Of a DNA stretch of 64,000 bases, positions 27,028 through 35,800 are shown in pieces; position 1 is the first letter of the stretch; each line of letters opens with the position of its first letter. The stretch is taken from positions 2,815-66,814 of the forward strand of contig UREK01000007.1 of NCBI GenBank assembly GCA_900546845.1. Direction: 5' to 3'. Made by a program: the position numbers and the translations under genes. This DNA is from an uncultured Eubacteriales bacterium. Its GTDB lineage: Bacteria > Bacillota > Clostridia > Christensenellales > CAG-138. A model generated the notes under the pieces. The model was given only the letters and a program-made list of their open reading frames with translations, was not told the DNA's origin and ran no database searches.

Positions 27028-27912
27028 TTAATCCCCCGCTTCGATGTCCGTCGGGTCGTAACGCTTGCCGTTGCGGCTGGGCACCTCGTCGCTCGTGGTG
27101 CCCTTGGGGGAGCCGTTTACGATCTCGAGCACCGTGCCTTCCGGGCAGTTTTCGTAGATGAAGCGCGCGGCTTCGGTCACCATCCGGAGGCAGCCGCCCG
27201 TGGAGGATTTGCCGATGCCGAGCTCGCCGTCGTAATACTTGGGCCACATATAGCCGTTGTTCTCCTCGCCATAGAGCGGGGAGTGGATGTAGAGCCGGTT
27301 GTGGTAGCGCGTGGCAAACTGCACGAAGCCGCCGTCCGGGAATTCATGCCAGCGCTCGCGGTCGCCGCCCAGGGTGAAGGTGCCGGCGGGCGTTTTGTTC
27401 CCGCCGTGGGCGATGCGGTAGGTCTTATATACCTCGGAATACGCGCCGTCCGCGCCCTTCTCATAGATGGTGAGGGTGTAGGAACCTTTTTCCACATAGA
27501 GATAATAGGGCAGGTCATCCCCGGTGGAGGGGATGGGCGTTTCCGACGGAGCCTCGGTTTGGGCTGGGGCTTCGGTCTGTGCGGGCGGCACGGTCTGCGT
27601 TGGCGCCTCGGTCTTGAGCGGAGCCTGCGTCTGCGGGGCCTGTGTAGCCTGTGCGGGCACGGCGGAAGTTTCGGGCGTTTCCGTGGGCATGGGAACGGCA
27701 GGGTTCGCGCCGGCGGGCGTGCCGAGGATGAGCGGGGCAAGCGTTTCGGCCGGCGTAGGTGCAGCCGGGCTGCCCGTTTCGTCCGGAACGCCGATGTCGA
27801 TCACGCCATCGCCATTTGCGGAGACGGCTGCGCGTGGCGCGCATGCGCCGAGGGAAAGCAGCAGCAGGCATGCGAGCAGCGCGGAAAAGATGCGAAGGTA
27901 TTTCAACTTCAA
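27028..27912 (-). CDS. L,D-transpeptidase (YkuD domain) lipoprotein
   Basis: LSLGAC lipobox and a Pro/Thr-rich linker. Catalytic motif HSPLYG...KSSTGGCLRM. Start codon ambiguous (TTG 27912 or TTG 27906). Confidence 0.8.
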   Translation of the reverse strand: MKLKYLRIFSALLACLLLLSLGACAPRAAVSANGDGVIDIGVPDETGSPAAPTPAETLAPLILGTPAGANPAVPMPTETPETSAVPAQATQAPQTQAPLKTEAPTQTVPPAQTEAPAQTEAPSETPIPSTGDDLPYYLYVEKGSYTLTIYEKGADGAYSEVYKTYRIAHGGNKTPAGTFTLGGDRERWHEFPDGGFVQFATRYHNRLYIHSPLYGEENNGYMWPKYYDGELGIGKSSTGGCLRMVTEAARFIYENCPEGTVLEIVNGSPKGTTSDEVPSRNGKRYDPTDIEAGD

Positions 27913-28055
27913 GCCTCCTTGAAAAGTGCGTCATAATATCTCATAATAGTTTACTACAACGCGGCGGCGCTGTCACCAGCCCGAAGAAAAAACGGCTGCC
28001 CTGCCGAAGAATGTTTACAAACCGGGAAAGAGAAGGGCGCGCTGCGCGCGCCCTG

Positions 28056-28255
28056 TTGCTTGTCGAAAAAGTCTCTCCGGGATTGTCAAGGGCCGCAGCC
28101 CTTGACTTTCAATCGCGAGCAGCGACCTGTGCGGTGCGAGCGAAAAGCCTTGCGCCGCAAGGCTTTCTTTACACGGAGCGCTGGCCGCGCCATCGGCGCA
28201 AGCGCGGCGTGTATTTCTCGATCAAGTGGCATCTGCCACTTGATCGACAGCCTGC
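28056..28255 (+). mobile_element. MITE-like element, copy 2, flanked by a 22-bp duplicated terminator hairpin
   Basis: Near-identical to 18590-18788. Flanks AGGGCGCGCTGCGCGCGCCCTG at 28034-28055 and 28256-28277. Confidence 0.6.
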
Positions 28256-28284
28256 AGGGCGCGCTGCGCGCGCCCTGCATATCC

Positions 28285-29232
28285 TCAATAAAACGTCGCC
28301 ACTTCTTCCTCCGGCTTTTCCGCTGGTTCGACGGAGAGTGCTGTCAGCACTGGCCCCTTTGTGCCGTAAGCCTTGTGATATTCGATGGAGACCTTCGCCG
28401 TGAGGGTTACCCAGTCCCGCTTGTGGAGCGTTGCCGCCTCCGGCCATTTACAGACGAGCGCGGCGTACTTGATGTCATTCACACAGCAGGTCATCACGTG
28501 GCGGCCAACGATGAACACATCCTTGCCGAGCTTGGGCGAAAGCGCCACGACGCCTTTGAAGCGAACGGTTCTGCCGGAATATTTCCCTGCATCCTCGGTG
28601 ATGTCGCGGTACCAGAGGGCATAGTCCCCATCCGCGATCTCGATGATAGGCGCGTTGAGGTCAAAAGGCAGCGGATCCTCGATCTCGTCGTATTCCACCT
28701 TGCCGTTCGGGTATTCAAATGCGATGTTCGTCCGGCGCGACGTTGCGCGGACGATCTTGTGGAACATGAGCTTGTCGGTTTCATCGCTCGCGCGGTTGAA
28801 TACCACAAGTTCACAGCTTTTGAGCTTGTCCACCACGAGCGGACGCATGTTCGAGTTGTAATTCAAAAATGTGCGCGCGTCCACGAACAGGAACTCCTGA
28901 TAGATGCTCCAATCCTCCGGCATGTGCTGATAGAGCGAATCCAGCATCCACATGCCGTTGTATTCCACGAGAACGCGGGTGGCCCTGTGCTTCTTTTGCA
29001 GCGCAGCAAGGCGCGTTGCGGCAAGGCCGCTTTCCTCCTCGATCATCTCGATGAACACGTTGCCGCCCGCGAAGGTATCCGGGGCATATTCCTCCTCGCC
29101 CTCCTCGCACAGCAGCAGCAGTGTGCGTTCATCCGCGTTGAAGCGCTTATCCTCCAGCGTCTCCTGGATGAAACGCGTTTTTCCCGCTTCCAGGAAGCCG
29201 GTGAACAGATAAACCGGAATCTCCATAGCCAT
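28285..29232 (-). CDS. CobW-related GTPase-like protein with degenerate P-loop, function unknown
   Basis: 315 aa. N-terminal VYLFTGFLEAGKTRFI resembles the G3E P-loop. Co-oriented 13 nt downstream of a CobW gene. Confidence 0.55.
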   Translation of the reverse strand: MAMEIPVYLFTGFLEAGKTRFIQETLEDKRFNADERTLLLLCEEGEEEYAPDTFAGGNVFIEMIEEESGLAATRLAALQKKHRATRVLVEYNGMWMLDSLYQHMPEDWSIYQEFLFVDARTFLNYNSNMRPLVVDKLKSCELVVFNRASDETDKLMFHKIVRATSRRTNIAFEYPNGKVEYDEIEDPLPFDLNAPIIEIADGDYALWYRDITEDAGKYSGRTVRFKGVVALSPKLGKDVFIVGRHVMTCCVNDIKYAALVCKWPEAATLHKRDWVTLTAKVSIEYHKAYGTKGPVLTALSVEPAEKPEEEVATFY

Positions 29233-29244
29233 ACCGCCTCCGCG

Positions 29245-30348
29245 TCAGCGCGTCGGGAAGAGCGCCGCAAGCGCGGCTTCGTTGAGCTTTGAGCCGATCA
29301 CGCAGAGCCTGCCAGTGATCGGCGCGGGGCCTTCGCGCACCTCGCTTTCGCCGGGCACAAGGTCAAAATGCAGCCACTTGCCGCACGTGCAGGCGACCAT
29401 GCCCTTTGCGCGGAGCACGAGGCCGTATTGCGCCTCATTGCTGAGCGCCGCGAGCGCGTTCTCGAGCTCTTCCCGGCTGAACTTGTGGGTCGTCTCGATT
29501 CCCCAGCTTACGAACACCTCGTCAGCATCGTGGCCATGATGGTGGTGATGGTCATGATGATGGCCGCAGGAACATGCCTCGTGCTCATGGCCGTGTTCAT
29601 GGTCATGGTCGTGCTCATGGCCGTGTTCGTGGTCATGGTCGTGCTCATGGCCGTGTTCGTGTTCATGTTCATGCTCATGATGATGGCCGCAGACGGGGCA
29701 TACTTCATCTTCCTCCGATTCGGAAGCGAGCTGCGTCAGCGCAGCCGCGAGCGTATCCTTGCGCTCCATAGCGGCGAGGATCTGCGCGCCGTCAAGCTGA
29801 TCCCAGGGGGTTGTGACGATCACGGCGGAGGGGTTATGCTCCCGGAGCAGCGCTACTGCCGTGGAGAGCTTGTCCTCCGGGATGGAATCCGTGCGGGAAA
29901 GGACGATCGCGCCTGCATGCTCCACCTGGTCGTTGAAGAATTCGCCGAAGTTCTTCATGTACAGCTTGCACTTGTTGGCGTCCACTACGGCGGTGAAGCT
30001 GTTGAGCGCAAGCTCCTTGGAGTCCACGCCCTGCACGGCGCGGATCACGTCGCTCAGCTTGCCTACGCCGGATGGTTCGATGAGGATGCGGTCCGGTGCG
30101 AACTGGGAGAGCACCTTCTTGAGCGCTTCCGCAAAGTCGCCCACGAGGCTGCAGCAGATGCAGCCGGAGTTCATCTCGGTGATTTCCACGCCGGAATCCT
30201 GCAGAAACCCGCCGTCCACGGCGATCTCGCCGAATTCGTTTTCAATTAAAACAAGCTTTTCGCCCGCGTATGCTTCGCGGATCAGCTTTTTGATGAGCGT
30301 GGTTTTGCCGGCGCCCAGGAAACCGGAAAAAATATCGATTTTCGTCAT
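29245..30348 (-). CDS. CobW/ZigA-type G3E GTPase metallochaperone with His-rich insert
   Basis: P-loop GFLGAGKTTL, CICCS (CxCC) metal motif, ~45-aa HEHEHEHGHEHDHDHEH... tract, and a CobW_C-like C-terminus. Confidence 0.85.
   Translation of the reverse strand: MTKIDIFSGFLGAGKTTLIKKLIREAYAGEKLVLIENEFGEIAVDGGFLQDSGVEITEMNSGCICCSLVGDFAEALKKVLSQFAPDRILIEPSGVGKLSDVIRAVQGVDSKELALNSFTAVVDANKCKLYMKNFGEFFNDQVEHAGAIVLSRTDSIPEDKLSTAVALLREHNPSAVIVTTPWDQLDGAQILAAMERKDTLAAALTQLASESEEDEVCPVCGHHHEHEHEHEHGHEHDHDHEHGHEHDHDHEHGHEHEACSCGHHHDHHHHHGHDADEVFVSWGIETTHKFSREELENALAALSNEAQYGLVLRAKGMVACTCGKWLHFDLVPGESEVREGPAPITGRLCVIGSKLNEAALAALFPTR
29581..29668 (-). repeat. 30-bp tandem coding repeat (about 2.9 copies) encoding the His/Asp/Glu tract
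   Basis: GTGCTCATGGCCGTGTTC(A/G)TGGTCATGGTC at 29581-29610 and 29611-29640, with a partial third copy from 29641. Confidence 0.8.
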
Positions 30349-30396
30349 TCCATTTCTTCTTTCCGCAGCCCTTGCTGCATGTTTTTCTAACCCTGA

Positions 30397-30425
30397 ATTA
30401 TAACGCTGAATCCCCGAAAATACAA
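30397..30425 (-). promoter_or_regulatory. candidate promoter for the CobW pair
   Basis: On the - strand: TTGTAT (30420-30425), 17 nt spacer, TATAAT (30397-30402), about 50 nt upstream of ATG 30348. Confidence 0.45.
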
Positions 30426-30447
30426 GCGGTGCGCTCGGAATTGAGCA

Positions 30448-31215
30448 TCATTCTGCAGGCGCTTCTCCAACCGGCAACTCCACGATGCCCGAGACGCTCC
30501 AGCTTTCGCAGGAATACCAGAAATAACCGGCATGTTCCGCCCCCGCTTCGTCCCAATACGCATAGCGTATGAGCATGGCGTCGTCCTCCCGCCACTGCAC
30601 GAAAGTGTATTGCGCGCCTTCCGCGACGCCGAAAAGCAGGCTGACATTTATGGTATGGTTGCCGGCGTAATCGTCTATCACGAGCCGCGTGCCCTCCGCA
30701 TCCTGCATGGATACGGCGAGATACCGCCCGCTGGGCGACCACCACATGCCGCCGAACTCTGCGCCCAAATAAGTTGTTAAGTAATAGCCGCGATCGCGGC
30801 TGGTGCAGACGGTTTTGAGCGTAAAGCCGCCGGCCTTTGGGAAGATGCCGGTCACGTCGCCGCGATAGGCCGTGGCGGTCATGCTGCCATCCGGCGCGGC
30901 TTCGCGTGCCGCGATGTGAAAATACCCTTTGCTGAGCAACACGAGTAGGCAGATTATCGTGCCAAGCAGCAGCGCGGCGATGGAAAATGATGCCGTCCGC
31001 TTCATGGTGCGGCGCTTTTCCCGGAAAAGGGCTTTTTTGTAATCCAGGCTTTGCGCGGCAGCTTCCTCAGAAAGCGGGGCCTGCATGCGCGCGAGCTCCG
31101 CCCGGCAGGCGGGGCACTCCTTCACATGCGTCTCGATGAGCGCAGCGCTTTCCGCGCTCGCAAGCCCGTCCGCGTACAGCGGGAGCAGATCCCGGACGAT
31201 GCTGCAGTTCGTCAT
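30448..31215 (-). CDS. anti-sigma factor (zf-HC2) with one TM and an extracytoplasmic domain
   Basis: Starts MTNCSIVRDLLPLYADGL...HVKECPACRAEL (H-x3-C-x2-C). TM segment SFSIAALLLGTIICLLVLL. ATG overlaps the sigma gene stop (ATGA). Confidence 0.75.
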   Translation of the reverse strand: MTNCSIVRDLLPLYADGLASAESAALIETHVKECPACRAELARMQAPLSEEAAAQSLDYKKALFREKRRTMKRTASFSIAALLLGTIICLLVLLSKGYFHIAAREAAPDGSMTATAYRGDVTGIFPKAGGFTLKTVCTSRDRGYYLTTYLGAEFGGMWWSPSGRYLAVSMQDAEGTRLVIDDYAGNHTINVSLLFGVAEGAQYTFVQWREDDAMLIRYAYWDEAGAEHAGYFWYSCESWSVSGIVELPVGEAPAE

Positions 31216-31688
31216 GGCGTTTCCTCCAATTCGTTTAAAATCATGGCCTTCGCGCGGAAAAACGTTACGCGCGCCCAGGTTTCCGTCCTGCCCAGCGCAT
31301 CGCCGATCTCCCGAAACGGGAGGCCGGAAAGCCGGAGGAAGAACGCTTCCCGGTAAGGCTCCCGGAGCTTCTTTGCGGCGGCAAGCGCCGCATGGGCTGT
31401 CTCCCGGTCGAGAAAACAGTCCTCGAAAGGGACGGCCTCCGCAGGAATATCCTCCGGGAAGGGCGCATACCGCTTTTGCCGCCGGACTTCGCTGAAATAC
31501 AGGTTTTTTGCGATGGCGCACAGCCAGGTGGAAGGCTTGCAGCACCCGTCATAGAGCGCCGGCTTTTGCAGCGCGCGCAGGAACGTCTCGGCAGCAAGTT
31601 CCTCCGCAATGGCTGCGCTGCCGGAAAGGGAGAGCAGGTAGCCGTAAACGATCCGATAATTGTCCCGGTAGAAATCCTCGCGCGTCAT
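31212..31688 (-). CDS. ECF-type RNA polymerase sigma-70 family factor
   Basis: 158 aa from ATG 31688. Region 2 (YRIVYGYLLSL...AEELAAETFLRA) and region 4 (REAFFLRLSGLPFREIGDALGRTETWARV). Confidence 0.85.
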   Translation of the reverse strand: MTREDFYRDNYRIVYGYLLSLSGSAAIAEELAAETFLRALQKPALYDGCCKPSTWLCAIAKNLYFSEVRRQKRYAPFPEDIPAEAVPFEDCFLDRETAHAALAAAKKLREPYREAFFLRLSGLPFREIGDALGRTETWARVTFFRAKAMILNELEETP

Positions 31689-32003
31689 CGGCATCCTCCT
31701 TTCCCAGTTGTTAATGAAACGCCGCAGCGCGCGTTTTGTTACAAGGCGCCTTGCCTTAAATTTTAACGGCGTGTGCGGGGGACGATACAGGAAGCGTTTT
31801 GAAAATTTTGCTGCACAACGAGCGGTCGGACTGCGTGCTGTGTTCCACACTGGCCTCCGACACACTCATATTCGCCTCTTCAGCCATCGTGAGCGGCTAT
31901 ACCTTGGAAACGCTCGGCGTGGCGGAATAGAGGGTGCATAAAAACGGACGCGCAGGCGTCCGCTTTTTGCGTGGCGTTTTATTGTTAGGCCGCCTTGCCC
32001 CTT

Positions 32004-32459
32004 TCAGCAGCCGCAGCGCGCGAGAATGCGCTCGCGGAGCTTGCGCACATCCTCCGGCAGATCCTCCAGCGTGAGGTTTTGCAGGGAAGCGGCGGAGCCG
32101 GCCTTCGCGGCGGCGTCATAATACCAGCATTTGTAGTCGATCACATCGAGCGTAGCCTGCAGCGTTTCCATTTGTTTGAGGACGGCGCGCCTGCGCTCGT
32201 AAAACATGTCCCGCCGCTGCGGCAGCGTCGCATCCCCTTCCAGGCACCAGTCGATGAACTGCTTGATGTCCCGGATAGGCATGCCGGTCGCCTTTAGGCA
32301 TTCGATCAGCCGGAGCCATTCGAAATCCGATTCCTTGAATACGCGGATGCCGCTCTCGCTGCGGTCCACAAAGGGGAGCAGGCCTTCCTTGTCGTAATAG
32401 CGCAGGGTAGGCGCACTCAGGTGCATGCGCGCGGCGGCTTCGCCGATGGTATAGGGCAT
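32004..32459 (-). CDS. MerR family transcriptional regulator
   Basis: 151 aa. YTIGEAAARMHLSAPTLRYYDKEGLL HTH, a coiled-coil region, and a C-terminal Cys pair (ARCGC). Confidence 0.85.
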   Translation of the reverse strand: MPYTIGEAAARMHLSAPTLRYYDKEGLLPFVDRSESGIRVFKESDFEWLRLIECLKATGMPIRDIKQFIDWCLEGDATLPQRRDMFYERRRAVLKQMETLQATLDVIDYKCWYYDAAAKAGSAASLQNLTLEDLPEDVRKLRERILARCGC

Positions 32460-32596
32460 AGAATTCTCCTTCTTACGTTCTCGCTGTTGGTCCGTCCTTG
32501 TTGCAGAACAATGGAAATATGAAAAGCTGCACTTAAAGCTCACTTTAAGTGCAGCATTATCATACCGCAAACGTGCGTACCCGTCAAGGGGCAGGG

Positions 32597-35500
32597 TCAG
32601 AACAGCGTGAGCTGCTTCCCCTGTTCCGCATGGCGCCTGCGTGCGGTCTCGCGCAGGATGGAATCCGGGAGTTCCCGCAAAAATTCAGAGGGTGGGTTCG
32701 GCGCGGTCAGGATCAGCTCATCCCGCGCGCGGGTCATGCCCACGAAGAAGAGCCGCCGCTCCTCTTCCAGGTCAGAAACCATACCCTCGCGTTCCAGCGG
32801 GAACGCGCCTGCGGAAAGCCCGGCGAGGAACACGACCGGGAATTCGAGGCCCTTTGCGCCGTGCAGCGTCATCAGACGCACCGCGCCGGAGGAATAGGCT
32901 TTCCCGGCCGCGCGGCGCAGATCCGCCTCCTCGCCGAGCGCAAGCGCGTGCAGGAACCCCGCCATGTCCGCATAGTAAGCAGCAAGCTCGGCAAGCCGCG
33001 TGAGCGCGGGCGCATCCGGCGCGTACTCCGCCTGATAGCGCTCCACGAGCTTGCGCGGCTTTTCGTGTGCAGTGCGCGGAAGAAAGTCCGCGCAGGCGGA
33101 AAGGAACGCTTCCGGGCAGCCGGCTGCACGCAGCGCTTCCGGGGAGAATGTGCCTGGGGACGCGCCCGGCGTGGACAAGCGCGATGTGGACGCGCTTACG
33201 CGGGCGGCGTCTGCATCCGTGCAGCCGAAGGCAAGGCGCAGGCAGGCGCGGAGGGAGAGCGCGTCCGCGGGGTTCAGCAGGAAGCGGAAGAAGGCGAGCG
33301 CGCCCTGCACCGCGCCGTCCGCAAGCTCGCTGCCGCGGCCGGACACGATGCAGGGGATGTCGTCGTGCCGCAGGCAGGCTTCGACGGCCTCCAACTGGCG
33401 GTGGGTGCGGCAAAGGACTGCCAGGTCGGAAAACGGGCGCGCATCCTCCTGCCGGTTCCCGGCGCGCGCGTGTGCGGAGAGCATGTCCAGCCCGCCCGCC
33501 ATGCGCGCGATCTCCTTGGCAATCCAGACGCCCTCGGCAAACGGCGTTTCCGCGCGCAGCAGGCGCACCGCCGCCCCGCCTGGCCGCGCAGGGAGCAGCT
33601 CCCGCGGGCCGCCCGGGTTGCGCGCGATGGCCTGCCGCGCGCATGCGAGGATCTCCGGCGTGGAGCGGTAGTTGGTGCGGAGGCGGATAGTGGAAAGCGC
33701 GGGGAAATCCGCCCGAAGCTCGTCAAAGCAGACGGCGCTCGCGCCGCGGAAGCCGTAGATGGACTGATCTGGGTCGCCGATCACAAAGAGGCTCTCCCCA
33801 CCCTTGGCCCAGGCGCGTACCAGCTTGCGCTGCACGGCGTTGATGTCCTGGAATTCGTCCACGAGCAGGTGGCGGAACCGGGCGCGCTTCCGCTTCCCGG
33901 CGGGCTCGTTTTCGGCGGCGTCAAGCGCTTCGAGCAGCAGGTCGTCCAGATCCCGCGCGCCAAGGGCGCGGCAGGCCGCGCAGTACGCTTCGTATACGCG
34001 GGGGTCGAGCGCCGCTTCCTCCAGGGAAGCTCCGTTCTTTACACGCGAAATGGCGCGCTGCGCGTCGCGCACGGAAGCTGGGGAGCCGGCGGCGCCGAGT
34101 GCTTCCTGCACGAGGAGCTCCGCCTCCGCTTCGCCGAGGAGCGGTTTTTGGGGAAGCAGGCCGAGGCAGACGGCGTGGAACGTGCCGATGGTCATGCCGG
34201 CGAGCGCCTGTTTGCCGCCAAGGCGCGCCGCAAGGCGTTCACGCATTTCCGCGGCGGCTTGGTTGGTGAACGTCACCGCCGTGATCTCCGCGGGCTTTGC
34301 GCCGCGCGTTTCGATCAAATACGCGATGCGGGCGACGAGCGTTTTCGTCTTGCCCGTGCCCGGCCCTGCGATGACGGCGACGGCGGGCTCTTCCGTTTCG
34401 ACGGCGCTGCGCTGCTCCGCGTTGAGCGCGTCTGCGCGCGGCGCTTCCGGCGTGCTTGCCTGCGCCCGCGCTGGCTCTGCCGGCAGTGCAGCGGCAGGCT
34501 TTTTCTGTGCGGAGGCTTCCGGCGCGGCCGCGCCGAACAGCGAGAGCTGCCCTTGCAGCGCGGCGCGCTCCTCTGGGGAAAAGAGCGTGATTTTGCCGTA
34601 TTCGCCGTCGTACCCGCCGGTGCGCGCCACCTGCCCGGCGCGCAGGCGGCGCACGCCTTCCGCGATGCAGGGCCCCGCTGCCCGCTCGATTTCCGCGAGG
34701 GGCGCTTCCCGCAAAATGTAGAACTCCGGGCCGAGCGCGCGCAGAAGCGCCTCGTATTGCCGCTGGGCCTTTTGCCCCGCAGCAGACGTGCCCATGGCGG
34801 CGGCGATCAGCTCCGGCAGGGGGACGAGGCTCTCGTACGGTTTCCTGTCTGGCGGGAGGAAGCCTTCGGCCCGGTCTGCAAGGGCGAGCACGCGGTGCTG
34901 CACGCCGATGGTTAGCTTCCGGCCGCAGACCGGGCATTTGCCGCCGAGGCGGAGCGTTTCCTCCGGCTCGAGGCGCACGCCGCAGTTCCGGTGGCCGTCC
35001 AGGTGGTACTTCCCTTCTTCCGGGAAGAATTCGATGGTGCCCTGAAAGCCTTCGCCGGTTTGCAGAGCGTGCCGCAGCGCAGGATAGGAAAGCGGCGCTT
35101 CGATGCAGTTTGCCTCCCGGCCAAGCTTTGCGGGGGAATGGGCATCCGAATTGGAGACGAGCGTAAAACGGTCGAGCGCGCTGACGCGCCAGTTCATGGG
35201 CGGGTCAGAGGAAAGGCCGGTCTCGAGGGCATGGATCTCGCCCGCGAGGCCGCCAAAGCATTCCTCGATTGTATCGAACCCTGAAAACGCGCCGAACAGC
35301 GAAAAGTGCGGCGTCCAGATATGCGCGGGGATGAACATGGCCTCCGGGCAGGTGTCGAGCGTGATCTCGAGCAAGTCCTCGCAGTCGAGGCCGAGGATGG
35401 GCCGCCCGTCCGAGCGGATGTTGCCGATGGCATCAAGGCGTTGGGCAAGGGCATCCGCCGCGCTGAGTCCCGGCAGGAGAATGAGGCTGTGTACCTTGCG

Positions 35501-35800
35501 GGTCCTGCCGCCCTTCTTATAGATGGTGCTGATCTCGCCCGTGACGAGGAAACGCGCGGGCTCGTCCGCGCCGGCGGCCTCGGCGGGCAGGCGGAATTCG
35601 CGGCGCAGCATGTAAAGCCCTTCCTCCGCAGGGACGAGCTGTTCGCGCATCGCGGCGCGCCAGGCGGGATGCGTGAAATCCCCAGTGCCGACGAGGAGGA
35701 TGCCCTTGTTGCGCGCGGCAAGGTCGAGGTGCGGCAAGTCGCAGTCCCGGCTGGTGGCGCGGGAATAGCTGGAATGGATATGAAGGTCTGCGATATACAT
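32597..35800 (-). CDS. fusion protein: endonuclease Q-like (PHP-type) N-terminal domain + UvrD/PcrA-type SF1 helicase
   Basis: 1067 aa. N-terminus MYIADLHIHSSYSRATS...HIWTPHFS...SNSDAHSP...GKYHLDGHRNC...CPVCGRKLTIGV. C-terminal part has Walker A VIAGPGTGKT and the UvrD-like motifs LLVDEFQD and VMTLHGAKGLEF. Confidence 0.8.
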   Translation of the reverse strand: MYIADLHIHSSYSRATSRDCDLPHLDLAARNKGILLVGTGDFTHPAWRAAMREQLVPAEEGLYMLRREFRLPAEAAGADEPARFLVTGEISTIYKKGGRTRKVHSLILLPGLSAADALAQRLDAIGNIRSDGRPILGLDCEDLLEITLDTCPEAMFIPAHIWTPHFSLFGAFSGFDTIEECFGGLAGEIHALETGLSSDPPMNWRVSALDRFTLVSNSDAHSPAKLGREANCIEAPLSYPALRHALQTGEGFQGTIEFFPEEGKYHLDGHRNCGVRLEPEETLRLGGKCPVCGRKLTIGVQHRVLALADRAEGFLPPDRKPYESLVPLPELIAAAMGTSAAGQKAQRQYEALLRALGPEFYILREAPLAEIERAAGPCIAEGVRRLRAGQVARTGGYDGEYGKITLFSPEERAALQGQLSLFGAAAPEASAQKKPAAALPAEPARAQASTPEAPRADALNAEQRSAVETEEPAVAVIAGPGTGKTKTLVARIAYLIETRGAKPAEITAVTFTNQAAAEMRERLAARLGGKQALAGMTIGTFHAVCLGLLPQKPLLGEAEAELLVQEALGAAGSPASVRDAQRAISRVKNGASLEEAALDPRVYEAYCAACRALGARDLDDLLLEALDAAENEPAGKRKRARFRHLLVDEFQDINAVQRKLVRAWAKGGESLFVIGDPDQSIYGFRGASAVCFDELRADFPALSTIRLRTNYRSTPEILACARQAIARNPGGPRELLPARPGGAAVRLLRAETPFAEGVWIAKEIARMAGGLDMLSAHARAGNRQEDARPFSDLAVLCRTHRQLEAVEACLRHDDIPCIVSGRGSELADGAVQGALAFFRFLLNPADALSLRACLRLAFGCTDADAARVSASTSRLSTPGASPGTFSPEALRAAGCPEAFLSACADFLPRTAHEKPRKLVERYQAEYAPDAPALTRLAELAAYYADMAGFLHALALGEEADLRRAAGKAYSSGAVRLMTLHGAKGLEFPVVFLAGLSAGAFPLEREGMVSDLEEERRLFFVGMTRARDELILTAPNPPSEFLRELPDSILRETARRRHAEQGKQLTLF

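Noticed and set aside
28086-28280. 64-aa ORF, and similar ORFs at 36735..36947, 18584..18871, 18549..18773 and 18620..19060, that share peptide strings such as ALRRKAFRSHRTGRCSR.
   Set aside because: They share peptides only because they lie on copies of the ~200-bp repeat element. Frames and strands differ between copies, there is no RBS, and the sequence is dominated by hairpins. The element is better explained as non-coding.
29568-29700. Possible CRISPR-like or other non-coding repeat array (regular 30-bp periodicity). The same question applies to the 36-bp array at 4328-4507.
   Set aside because: The repeats are contiguous with no spacers. They are in frame inside well-supported genes and encode a His-rich tract and a Pro-rich stalk. 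They are coding minisatellites, not CRISPR.
30349-30447. Looked for a Zur/Fur-type palindromic box upstream of the CobW genes.
   Set aside because: I found only a short direct repeat (ATTCAG x2) around the -10 and no AT-rich inverted repeat resembling a Zur box. Absence by eye is not proof, so the point is noted in a finding instead.
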